Shown one piece after another: positions 50,079 to 62,013 of a DNA stretch of 64,000 nt. The stretch is from Macrostomum hystrix. Its lineage: Eukaryota > Animalia > Platyhelminthes. The position numbers were made by a program, and so were the translations under genes. The notes beneath the pieces were generated by a model. That model was not told the DNA's origin and searched no databases. It saw only the letters and a program-made list of their open reading frames with translations. Within the stretch, counting starts at the first letter, position 1. Every line of letters starts with the position of its first letter. Location: contig CATNEN010000008.1 in assembly GCA_950097015.1 (NCBI GenBank), positions 4,216,001 through 4,280,000 on the forward strand, in the 5' to 3' direction.

Positions 50079-50328
50079 CATACATGCGCAACACCCGGCC
50101 AACCCGGCCAAACCGGCGAGGTGAAACAAGGGCCAAGCAAGGTAAATCACAAAAACCAATTGACCAAGCACAAAAAAATCAAAGGGGGGACCAAGGGACA
50201 AAAAAGAAAGGTGGGAAGAAAAGGAAAAGGGGAGAGAAAAACAGAGCAAATTAGAGCAAACTAAGTCGTAAATAGAGCAAAAACTAAGTCGCACTGCCGG
50301 CTAAGATTTGGGAGGTTGCGCATGTATG
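50079..50328. mobile_element. 250-bp MITE, hAT-type
   Basis: Perfect 14-bp TIRs CATACATGCGCAAC (50079-50092 / 50315-50328) flanked by an 8-bp direct repeat TAGGGTTA (50071-50078 / 50329-50336). Confidence 0.85.
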
Positions 50329-50378
50329 TAGGGTTAGGTCTAGATATTCATCCCAAATCCATTGCACCTGGCCCCTGA

Positions 50379-50959
50379 GGCCATAGTCCCGAGTATGCTC
50401 CATGCATGCGAGAACTGTTTTTGCCCTTGCACGCCATACGCGGGAGGTCAACCACCAATGCACACCGCACCGCATGCTAAGCTGAATGATGAGGGGGGAA
50501 GGTTCCAACTTCCAGCGTCCGATGTATGAATGCGTTTTTATGCTTTTATCCTAAATAAATATGCTGCGCTATTTTTTCTAGCTATGCTAAACCTGTTTTA
50601 TAAGTCAAGACACACTTTCAAATGAAAGCGAAAAATAAAACAGTTAAACAAAATCCTATATGGTTTGTATTTATTATAAGTTAAAATGCTTTATAAGTTT
50701 GTACAGCATAAAAAACTTTTTTATTTTATTATACATATGAAAATATTTACCAAATACATTGTTTTGTTCTTGTGAGACATTCCATTTAAACTTATAAAAG
50801 TTTACACCAAAACCATTGCACGCGGAAACCACTGTGCAGCGCACACCAAAAAAATTTGCTGCCTCTTGGCTGCATGCCGTGCACGCGGCCCATCAATGCC
50901 CAAGACCCTGTTGCACGCGAGAATTTTCCCCAAAAAACAGCATCTTTGGGAGTATGGCC
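50379..50959. mobile_element. 581-bp MITE, superfamily unassigned
   Basis: Imperfect ~21-bp TIRs (ggccatagtcccgagtatgct vs reverse complement ggccatactcccaaagatgct), CTGA direct repeat on both sides, and subterminal tgcacgc motifs. Confidence 0.7.
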
Positions 50960-51998
50960 CTGAGGCTAACACGGTAGAGATTAAATATCAAGAACATTAG
51001 GACTAGGCTCTATATTTATGACTGTGTTCAACAGTTGACTTAATTATTAGACCATTGGTACCCTCTATAATTTAAAAATTTGATGTTTTACTCCATTGCA
51101 GTCTGTACAGGTCCCATTGTGGCTTTTTGGTCAATTTTGGTGTTAACCATGGACCCTGGTCCTTAAGGTCCATGGTCCATACTTAGTATTATAGCTTTTG
51201 CTTCTGACAAGTAGGCCTAACAAACAAAAAACAGTAGGCCCTACTGTACTTTAAATAATAGCAAGAGTTTTAAAACCACTTCGAAAACTTAGTCACATTT
51301 ATCGCAAAAATGTTTAGCTGAAAAAGAGATAAAAGGCAGCTAATCGATGGCTGGTGGGTGCAATAGCCTACAAGGCAAGCTAGCCGCTGGCCCTGCCCGT
51401 AGCCTGGTATTTTAATTCGTCATTTAGCTCTAGTCCAACATTAAGCTATTTTTCTTAAGATAAATAAGTGAATTAAAAAACAGGATGCAAGCTCAATTAG
51501 AGCTAAAAAATAAAGCAGTAAAAAAGAAATGTAAGGACAACTCACCACGTCTGCGTACAGTTTGGCTTGTATTGAAAACTCAACTTGGAATTAGACGATA
51601 CTAGAGTGCCAAAACAATAACATGATTTGGTCAAGAAAATGTAGGAGAAAAATCTATAACAAAATAAAACTTCAGCACGATTTTTATAAAATTACATCGA
51701 CCTCAAACATATTTTCAAATCCTAAAATAACCTAATTAAATTACTTGGGCTTGATTTTGCAACTGAAATTACTCGATTTACAATGAAGTTTGAACTTGGG
51801 TTTCCGCATTTCAATATTTTTGAAAATGAGTACGTGTTGTATCAACTTGGTACTTGGCGTAGTCTAGGGTGGATTGCGGGGATGTACGAGCGTATTCCTG
51901 CATTATCATGATTAGATTGTCATGATTAAGGTATCGAAACTAGAAAATTAAGGATCCTTGCATAATATTTGCAGGGACTACTAAAAATAGTCTTGGTA

Positions 51999-53553
51999 CT
52001 AGCACGCTAAGCCCCCCCCCTTGGGGGGCACTACTGTTCAGACAAAAAATATTGTGTAATGCATAAAGACAAAACCCTCATGAAAGTTAACAAAAACGAT
52101 CTCGAAAAAATGAGCTCGCATACTTTCTGACACCAAGAAAGTGTCTCTACACCAAGAGCCCCATTAGGGCAGAATTACACAAGTTACACAACTAAACGCT
52201 GGGTTAGCCATGATTCAAACTCTGGTTTAGCCATGATTCAAACTCGGGTTTTGCCATGATTCAAACTCAGGTTTTGCCATGATTCAAGCTCTAGTTTAGC
52301 CATGATTCAAACTCTGGGTTAGCCATGATTCAAACTCTTGTTTAGCCATAATTCAAACTCTGGGTTAGCCATGATTCAAACTCTGGTTTAGCCATGATTC
52401 AAACTCGGGTTTTGCCATGATTCAAACTCAGGTTTTGCCATGATTCAAGCTCTAGTTTAGCCATGATTCAAACTCTTGTTTAGCCATGATTCAAGCTCTA
52501 GTTTAGCCATGATTCAAACGCTGGGTTAGCCATGATTCAAACTCTTGTTTAGCCATGATTCAAACGCTGGTTTAGCCATGATTCAAGCTCTGGTTTAGCC
52601 ATGATTCAAACGCTGGGTTAGCCATGGTTCAAGCTCTGGTTTAGCCATGATTCAAACGCTGGGTTAGCCATGATTCAAGCTCTGGTTTAGCCATGATTCA
52701 AACGCTGGGTTAGCCATGATTCAAGCTCTGGTTTAGCCATGATTCAAACTCTGGTTTTGCCATGATTCAAACTCTGGTTTAGCAAAAGAGAATTAAAAGT
52801 TTCCCCCTTATTTTCAGATGACAAAAAAATTTGCTTTGCATCTATCACTACTGACTGACAATTAGTTTAAAAAGCAACCATTTCATTTTTAGTATTAGTT
52901 TATTTAAATATTTGACGCAGTGAAGAGTCGAACCAAGGAACACTTCGCCTAGCCTAGCCTAACCTATTCCTATAGTGGCTACACATCGGCTACTCCGACT
53001 GCTAGATTGTGGATGCAAAAATTAGCCTTATAAAATGAATTCTTAAAGTTCTGGCTTTGTACAAATAGAGTACACTTAGGTTCTGTTCAGATCGTGCAGG
53101 CTTCTAACTCAGTCAGCTAGGGGGTGTTGCGCAAGTTGATGATGCAATTCCAATTCAGCGGCAGTCAGTGAAATTTTGACAAGGGTGAGAAAAGCTGTGA
53201 TGCAATCTATTTATAAATAAATTCGCACTGACTGTCTCGCCAGTGGGGTTGACACAGTGAAATTATTATCAGTGTACTCACTTTTAACAAAACAGGCTCT
53301 GATGTAATGCATTAAAAATCCAGTCAGGAAGCCTTTTCCTTCAACTGACCACGGAAATTCCGTGGCAAAAAGCAGTTTTTCGCAAATTAAACAGCTTTAG
53401 AATTGTCAGAATTGTTAGCAAAATCTGCCACATCACCGCCGGAAAATTTGCAAACTAACAGTGCAAGTCCTGTCAAGATTGGTCTTGTGGTTCACTCTAA
53501 AACGTGAACTTTACCAACAGACAGACAGACAAAGTCAACTTTAGTTATATAGA
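51999..53553 (-). mobile_element. Non-autonomous Helitron A (~1.55 kb) carrying a 23-bp minisatellite
   Basis: The 3' CTAG at 51999-52002 is followed by T on the minus strand, with a perfect hairpin GCCCCCC-ccctt-GGGGGGC at 52011-52029. The 5' end reads TCTATATAACTAAAG (53553 leftwards), with (ACAG)n near it. Confidence 0.7.
52195..52790. repeat. 23-bp minisatellite (ggtttagccatgattcaaactct), about 25 copies
   Basis: Direct reading; same family at 58015-58190. Confidence 0.95.
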
Positions 53554-56334
53554 CTAGCTGCCTTCGCTACCCTCTGGGTAGCCTCCCTGTGAGTTCTTAT
53601 CAGTACGCGCGTGCGTTATCAAAACTGGCTCTGATGCAATCATGAAAATTGGCACTGGAGGCCTCACTGTGCACAAGCTGAAAACAAGAATGCATTAGAA
53701 AAGCCTATTTAAAACTGTTTTTCGAATATTTAATCCCCTTGCCAATGGAATTAAGCTTAATAAAATTACGTGTACCGATTCCGGCCCATTTGTGATCTTT
53801 TGGCGAAGGAATTTTGAAAATCGGTTGAGCCGTTCGGGAGCTAGTCGATTGCAAACAAACATACAAACATACAAACAAGATTTTCATTTTTAGTATATTA
53901 GACTAGCTGCCTTCGCTACCCTCTGGGTAGCCTCCCTGTGAGTTCTTATCAGTACGCGCGTGCGTTATCAAAACTGGCTCTGATGCAATCATTAAAATTT
54001 GCACTGGAGGCCTCACTGTGCACAAGCTGAAAACAAGAATGCATTAGAAAAGCCTATTTAAAACTGTTTTTTCGAATATTTAATCCCCTTGGCAATGGAA
54101 TTAAGCTTAATAAAATTACGTGTACCGATTCCGGCCCATTTGTGGTCTTTTGGCGAAGGAATTTTGAAAATCGGTTGAGCCGTTCGGGAGCTAGTCGATT
54201 GCAAACATACAAGCAAGATTTTCATTTTTAGTATATAAGATAGACACTAGCTGCCTTCGCTACCCTCTGGGTAGCCTCACTGGAGTTCTTATCAGTTCGT
54301 TATCAAAACTGGCTCTGATGCAATCATTAAAGTTGGCACTGGAGCCTCACTGTGCACAAGCTGAAAACAAGAATGCATTAGAAAAGCCTATTTAAAACAG
54401 TTTTTCGAATATTTAATCCCCTTGGCAATGGAATTAAGCTTAATAAAAATACGTGTACCGATTCCGGCCCAATTGCGATCTTTTAGTGAAAGAATTTTGA
54501 AAATCGGTTGAGCCGTTCGGGAGCTAGTCGATTGCAAACATACAAACATACAAACATACAAGCAAGATTTTCATTTTTAGTATATTAGATTTTTAGTATA
54601 TTAGAAGACTAGCTGCCTTCGCTACCCTCTGGGTAGCCTCCCTGTGAGTTCTTATCAGTACGCGCGTGCGTTATCAAAACTGGCTCTGATGCAATCATTA
54701 AATTTGGCACTGGAGGCCTCACTGCACAAGCTGAAAACAAGAATGCATTAGAAAAGCCTATTTAAAACAGTTTTTTGAATATTTAATCCCCTTGGCAATG
54801 GAATTAAGCTTAATAAAAATACGTGTACCGATTCGGGCCCATTTGTGATCTTTTAGCGAAGGAATTGCGAAAATCGGTTGAGCCGTTCGGGAGCTAGTCG
54901 ATTGCAAACAAGCAAGCAAGCAAGATTTTCATTTTTAGTATATTAGAAGACTAGCTGCCTTCGCTACCCTCTGGGTAGCCTCCATTGAGTTCTTATCAGT
55001 TCGTTATCAAAACTGGCTCTGATGCAATCATAAAAATTGGCACTGGAGCCTCACTGTGCACAAGCTGAAAACAAGAATGCATTAGAAAAGCCTATTTAAA
55101 ACAGTTTTTCGAATATTTAATCCCCTTGGCAATGGAATTAAGCTTAATAAAAATACGTGTACCGATTCCGGCCCATTTGTGATCTTTTGGCGAAGGAATT
55201 GCGAAAATCGGTTGAGCCGTTCGGGAGCTAGTCGATTGCAAACATACAAACATACAAACATACAAACATACAAACAAGATTTTCATTTTTAGTATATTAT
55301 AGAAGACTAGCTGCCCTTCGCTACCCTCTGGGTAGCCTCACTGGAGTTCTTATCAGTTCGTTATCAAAACAGGCTCTGATGCAATCATTAAAATTGGCAC
55401 TGGAGCCTCACTGTGCACAAGCTGAAAACAAGAATGCATTAGAAAAGCCTATTTAAAACTGTTTTTCGAATATTTAATCCCCTTGGCAATGGAATTAAGC
55501 TTAATAAAAATACGTATACCGATTCGGGACCAATTGTGATCTTTTGGCGAAGGAATTGCGAAAATCGGTTGAGCCGTTCGGGAGCTAGTCGATTGCAAAC
55601 AAGCAAGCAAGATTTTCATTTTTAGTATATACTAGCTGCCTTCGCTACCCTCTGGGTAGCCTCCCTGTGAGTTCTTATCAGTTCGTTATCAAAACTGGCT
55701 CTGATGCAATCATTAAAATTGGCACTGGAGCCTCACTGTGCACAAGCTGAAAACAAGAATGCATTAGAAAAGCCTATTTAAAACTGTTTTTCGAATATTT
55801 AATCCCCTTGGCAATGGAATTAAGCTTAATAAAATTACGTGTACCGATTCCGGCCCATTTGCGATCTTTTAGTGAAAGAATTTTGAAAATCGGTTGAGCC
55901 GTTCGGGAGCTAGTCGATTGCAAACATACAAGCAAGCAAGCAAGATTTTCATTTTTAGTATATTAGATTTTCACTAGCTGCCCTTCGCTACCCTCTGGGT
56001 AGCCTCACTGGAGTTCTTATCAGTTCGTTATCAAAACAGGCTCTGATGCAATCATTAAAATTGGCACTGGAGGCCTCACTGTGCACAAGCTGAAAACAAG
56101 AATGCATTAGAAAAGCCTATTTAAAACAGTTTTTCGAATATTTAATCCCCTTAGCAATGAAATTAAGCTTAATAAAAATACGTGTACCGATTCGGGACCA
56201 ATTGTGATCTTTTGGCGAAGGAATTGCGAAAATCGGTTGAGCCGTTCGGGAGCTAGTCGATTGCAAACATACAAGCAAGCAAGCAAGCAAGCAAGATTTT
56301 CATTTTTAGTATATTATATTAGAAGATAAGAAGA
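53554..56334 (-). mobile_element. Eight head-to-tail copies of a ~340-bp non-autonomous Helitron B
   Basis: actagctgcc starts at 53553, 53902, 54246, 54608, 54950, 55306, 55631 and 55973. Each unit has a 3' CTAG with hairpin GCTACCC-tct-GGGTAGC about 9 nt inside, a 5' end TC(T)AATATACTAAAAATG, and a variable CAAA/CATA/CAAG microsatellite near the 5' end. Confidence 0.85.
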
Positions 56335-56434
56335 CTAGCAAGTTTTGCCCCCATTCGGGGAGCAGAAATATTTTTCATTTGTCCAGAATATACCTTTTAG
56401 CAGCTGTAGTTTCAGCTTTTTTAAGCTAGAATCA

Positions 56435-58015
56435 TCCCCCAGTTGACAATGATCCCCGAGTTGACAATGATCCCCCAGTTGACAATGATCCCCTAATTTA
56501 TGATGATCACCCAGTTGACAATGATCCCCCAGTTGACAAAGATCCCCTAGTTGACAATGAACCCCCAGTTGATAAGGATCCCCCAGTTGATGATGACTCC
56601 CCATTGATGATGATCCCCAGTTGACAATGATCCCCCAGTTGACAATGATCCCCTAATTGATGATGATCACCCAGTTGACAATGATCCCCCAGTTGACAAA
56701 GATCCCCTAGTTGACAATGAACCCCCAGTTGACAAGGATCCCCCAGTTGATGATGACTCCCCATTGATGATGATCCCCAGTTGACAATGATCCCCCAGTT
56801 GATGATGATCCTCCAGTTGACAATGATCCCCCAGTTGACAATGATCCCCCAGTTGACAATGATCCCCCAGTTGACAATGATCCCCCAGTTGACAATGATC
56901 CCCCAGTTGACAATGAACCTCCAATTGACAACGATCCCCCAGTTGACAATGATCCCCCAGTTGCCATTGATCCCCCAGATTACAATGATCCCACAGTTGA
57001 CAATGATCCCCCAGTTGACAATGATCCCCCAGTTGACAATGATCCCCCAGTTGACAAGGATCCCCCAGTTGACAATGATCCCCCAGTTGACAATGATCCC
57101 CCAGTTGACAATGAACCTCCAATTGACAATGATCCCCCAGTTGACAATGATCCCCCAGTTGACAATGATCCCCCAGTTGACAATGATCCCACAGTTGACA
57201 ATGATCCCCCAGTTGACAATGAACCTCCAATTGACAATGATTCCCCAGTTGACAATGATCCCCCAGTTGACAATGATCCCCCAGTTGACAATGATCCCCC
57301 AGTTGACAAGGATCCCCCAGTTGACAATGATCCCACAGTTGACAATGATCCCCCAGTTGACAATGAACCTCCAATTGACAATGATCCCCCAGTTGACAAT
57401 GATTCCCCAGATGATGATGATCCCCCAGTTGATGATGACTCCCCATTGATGATGATCCCCAGTTGACAATGATCCCCCAGTTGATGATGATCCCCCAGTT
57501 GACAATGATCCCCCAGTTGACAATGATCCCCCAGTTGACAATGAACCTCCAATTGACAACGATCCCCCAGTTGACAATGATCCCCCAGTTGACAATGATC
57601 CCCCAGTTCACAATGATCCCCCAGATGATGATGATCCACCAGTTGAAGATGATCACCCAGTTGACAATGATCCCCCAGATGATGATGATCCACCAGTTGA
57701 CAATTATCTCCCAGTTGACTATGATCCCCCATTGATGATGATCCCCAGTTGACAATGTTACCCCAGTTGGCCATTACCCCCTAGTTGACAATGTTACCCC
57801 AGTTGGCCATTACCCCCTAGTTGACAATGATCCCCCAGTTGATGATGATCACCCAGTTGACAATGATCTCCCAGTTGACCATGATCCCCCATTTGATGAT
57901 GACTCCCAAATGATGATGATCCCCATTTGACAATGATCCCCAGTTGACCATGATCCCCCATTTGATGATGATTCCCTAGTTTACAATTATCCCACAGTTG
58001 ACGATTATCCCCCAG
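56435..58015. repeat. 18-bp minisatellite (atcccccagttgacaatg), more than 80 copies
   Basis: Direct reading; source of the 362-aa repeat ORFs. Confidence 0.95.
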
Positions 58016-58190
58016 TTCTGGTTTAGCCATGATTCAGACGCTGGTTGGCCATGATTCAAACGCTGGTTTAGCCATGATTCAAACTCTGGTTTAGCCATGA
58101 TTCAAACTCTGGTTTAGCCATGATTCAAACTCTGGTTTAGCCATGATTCCAACTCTGGTTTAGCCATGATTCAAACGCTGGTTTTGCCAT
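58015..58190. repeat. 23-bp minisatellite, same family as 52195-52790
   Basis: ggtttagccatgattcaaactct units. Confidence 0.93.
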
Positions 58191-58750
58191 AACTAATTTC
58201 CCCAGCAGCAGAGAACTAACTCCCCCAGCAGCAGAGAACTAATTTCCCCAGCAGCAGAGAACTAATTCCCCCAGCAGCAGAGAACTAATTTCCCAGCAGC
58301 AGAGAACTAACTCCCCCAGCAGCAGAGAACTAACTCCCCCAGCAGCAGAGAACTAACTCCCCCAGCAGCAGAGAACTAATTTACCCAGCAGCAGAGAACT
58401 AACTCCCCCAGCAGCAGAGAACTAACTCCCCCAGCAGCAGAGAACTAATTTCCCCAGCAGCAGAGAACTAATTCCCCCAGCAGCAGAGAACTAATTTCCC
58501 CAGCAGCAGAGAACTAACTCCCCCAGCAGCAGAGAACTAACTCCCCCAGCAGCAGAGAACTAATTTACCCAGCAGCAGAGAACTAACTCCCCCAGCAGCA
58601 GAGAACTAATTTCCCCAGCAGCAGAGAACTAATTCCCCCAGCAGCAGAGAACTAATTTCCCCAGCAGCAGAGAACTAACTCCCCCAGCAGCAGAGAACTA
58701 ATTTCCCCAGCAGCAGAGAACTAATTTCCCCAGCAGCAAAGAACTAATTT
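58190..58750. repeat. 24-bp minisatellite (cccagcagcagagaactaattccc), same family as 1507-1915 in opposite orientation
   Basis: The reverse complement differs from the RSPRY1 intron unit at about 1-2 positions. Confidence 0.93.
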
Positions 58751-59644
58751 ACGCTCTTAGCTGCGCTCAATATTTTTTCTTGCAGTTCTCAATTGTGATA
58801 ACGCCTGCAGCTATGCACAAAAATATCTCCTTAGTTTTATTATCGAATAAAACTTGCTGCTTTACTCGAAAAAACTTATACTATTTTCTGAAAGCGAGTT
58901 CAGGAATAATAAAGCTAACAAATACCTGCTTCGACAGTAGCTAACCAAAAGCGCTTACTATTTATACTCGAACCAAAAATGCCCAAAAATACTAATAAAC
59001 AGCAACTTACGTTTTTAACTGCTGATGTTTAGAAGATTAGAAGAAAAAGAAGCAGTAACAAAACCGATGCTGAAATTCTACCTGCATTCTACAAAAGCAT
59101 TAAAGTACTTTACTTCGGAGCTAGATGAAAAGAAAGCGGCACAATGATCGAAGTCGAGACAAGGTTTGACAATAGAAAGGCTGCAGTTTTATGGATAGAA
59201 AGGAGGAGGAGAGGTCTCGCTAGCATTGAGCATCATAAAAGCCCAATCATGAAATCTGCTATGTACGTTTGCGTATTCAAATCAAATCACTCGATCAGCC
59301 AAGAGACAAATTTTTAACCGCACGTACGGGTTGAAAAGCAGTGACGCAATCCTATTCAATTGAGAGTATCGGGCCCTGTTCTGTGCTATACCAATGCACG
59401 CGCGGGCGAGAAAAAGCACCGATGCAATCTAATAAAACTGACAGTGTCTGGACCTATTCCAATTTAACCTTGTTTGGCCTCCTATTGAAAGCAATAGGAA
59501 AACTCGTTTTTCGAATATTTAATATTGTTAGCATTGAAGCAGACTAACGAAATTTTCAAGGTCTCATGCCAGTAAAATTTGGCATGTTTAGCAAAAAACG
59601 CGATCAAATTTGGTTGAGGCATTTAGCCTGTGTATCGAAATTCC

Positions 59645-59745
<101 letters not shown>

Positions 59746-59984
59746 AGAAGACTTTAGAGATTTATTCATTTTTAGTATATTCGAAAGAAGTATAGTTGGA
59801 CTTTGTAGTCCCTGAATATTTGCTCTAAATTTTGTGTAAAAATGGCTATGGAATGTGACTTCCACACTTAAACGGAAACTAAATTAATATCCAAAAATTT
59901 CGATGACGCCAGGATTAGACGCCAAGAATTTTCAAACTTCACCTAAGCCACTTCCGACCGGCCGCAATCACCTTAGCTAATGAT

Positions 59985-60072
59985 AGTGCACATTGAACGG
60001 AAGCAACATATTGTTAGGTGACTTGCTAAAGCTACGTCATAGTTTTCCTGGGGAGTTGGGATTCGAACCACT
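59985..60072 (-). mobile_element. Second CORE-type SINE remnant
   Basis: tgaacggaagcaacatattgttaggtgacttgctaaag parallels the core of the 35600-35770 SINE. B-box GGTTCGAATCCC is on the minus strand at 60058-60069. Confidence 0.5.
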
Positions 60073-60688
60073 AAACAGAAGGACTGCAACTGAAGTCAGA
60101 CTTGGCTGAAAGGTGATTGGCTAAGGCTAGGCCTGGTCACGTGTCTGAGTTAAGAAGCACTAAACAGAAGGACTGCAACTGAAGTCAGACTTGGCTGAAA
60201 GGTGATTGGCTATGGCTAGGCCTGGTCACGTGTCTGAGTTAAGAAGCACTAAACAGAAGGACTGCAACTGAAGTCAGACTTGGCTGAAAGGTGATTGGCT
60301 AAGGCTAGGCCTGGTCACGTGTCTGAGTTAAGAAGCACTAAACAGAAGGACTGCAACTGAAGTCAGACTTGGCTGAAAGGTGATTGGCTAAGGCTAGGCC
60401 TGGTCACGTGTCTGAGTTAAGAAGCACTAAACAGAAGGACTGCAACTGAAGTCAGACTTGGCTGAAAGGTGATTGGCTATGGCTAGGCCTGGTCACGTGT
60501 CTGAGTTAAGAAGCACTAAACAGAAGGACTGCAACTGAAGTCAGACTTGGCTGAAAGGTGATTGGCTAAGGCTAGGCCTGGTCACGTGTCTGAGTTAAGA
60601 AGCACTAAACAGAAGGACTGCAACTGAAGTCAGACTTGGCTGAAAGGTGATTGGCTAAGGCTAGGCCTGGTCACGTGTCTGAGTTAAG
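60071..60688. repeat. 89-bp tandem repeat, 7 near-identical copies
   Basis: Unit starts at 60071, 60160, 60249, 60338, 60427, 60516 and 60605; each contains gattggct, aggcct and gtcacgtg. Confidence 0.95.
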
Positions 60689-62013
60689 CTGCTTAGTAAA
60701 AAAGCATTTCCCACTTAAGTTCTAAAAATATAGCATCAATGAAATAGAACAATAAATCATAATCGACATTTAGTAATGAACTGCGGCTAATAAATACTTT
60801 TTGTCATCAGGGGCCTTGTTCGTATTATATATTTTTATACGAAATTGGTTTCAACAATATTCACTGACCGATGAGGATCACCGTTGTAGTCCAGTGAAAG
60901 TGTTCTAATCATCCACTGTTTCAGGGTGCATGATGCATTAGTTCGGAGCTGTCACGTGATAGCCTCCTTGTTCCAATAGGAGCTCCGTTTACAGAAATGA
61001 ATACGAACAATAAAATTCATAAACAATACATATTTTCTATCCTTTCACCCCTGAGCAACTGGAAAGGAATTGTCTAAACAAAATTTTCCAGTACTAGCAT
61101 TTGTGCAATACCACGTACTATACGCTCGTAATGTGCTGTTTATTTACGAGAATCTCACGCAACGCAGCACTGATGGTGTACAACTTTGTGTACTGTACTT
61201 TTAACAATTCAAGCTCAAGCAAAGCACAATAATTGAAATTATCAGAAACAATTTGAGCAGGGAATGACTTAATTAGCGCAACGATTCATTGTCAGTTATC
61301 ACATCGGCAGAAAGTCTTAACTCAAAGGTTTGCATGTGACGCTTTCAAATCTGAATAAGAAAAATTTTCTACTGAAAATTGGCAAAGGAGCAAGTTTTTT
61401 AAAGCATTAGGTAAAAAAAGTAAATAGTAATTAAACTGCCGCAGATAGTGCACAAAATTGTGCCTGTTTGGACAACTAGTTAGGAATTGATTACAACAAA
61501 TTACAACGATATCAATTGCCATTTAAATACACACAAGGAATAGCCTTTACGGTCTGTTTGTACTATTTCAAACCTTGGCTTGCCCAATTAATTTTCCCCT
61601 CTTGATTCCCATTGGCTGACGCCTGTGGCTCAACGCCATTGGTCGTAATAATTTAAACCAGTTGCACCAATAACATCTGAGGAGATAACTGGCTGAGGCC
61701 AATCACGTGATTATACTACACGCATTTCTATAAATAGCAACAGCTTCATTGCCTCAATCAAGAACTAACAACATCTCTCGCGATTCCGCTTTAATGCTTT
61801 CAGTAGAAAATGCATTTTTACTGTTCGGCGACTCCAGAGTTCAAGATATTTACTGCGAAAACGCGAAGGGATTTTGATCAAAGCTTTCCGCCAGCCTCCA
61901 TAGATGAGGTGCTGTCCTCGGGGCTTGCCATCGGGGCGCTACCAGCGGCAGCTACGAATTTGATTGGTGCGGCGCAGTTGCAGCCGCGGACAGTCGGGCA
62001 GCTCAGGGCTCCG

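Noticed and set aside
53554-56334. Hammerhead-ribozyme (retrozyme-like) tandem units of ~340 bp
   Set aside because: ctctgatgcaat lacks the CUGANGA core and no matching GAAA/stem arrangement was found; Helitron termini explain the units better.
56335-58030. 362-aa and other ORFs (LGDHCQ, WGIIVN, TGGSLS and PQLTMI repeats)
   Set aside because: They are readings of an 18-bp array in different frames, not genes.
60071-60688. Possible CRISPR-like array (also considered for 4567-4955 and 53554-56334)
   Set aside because: There are no unique spacers between repeats, no cas genes, and the context is eukaryotic.
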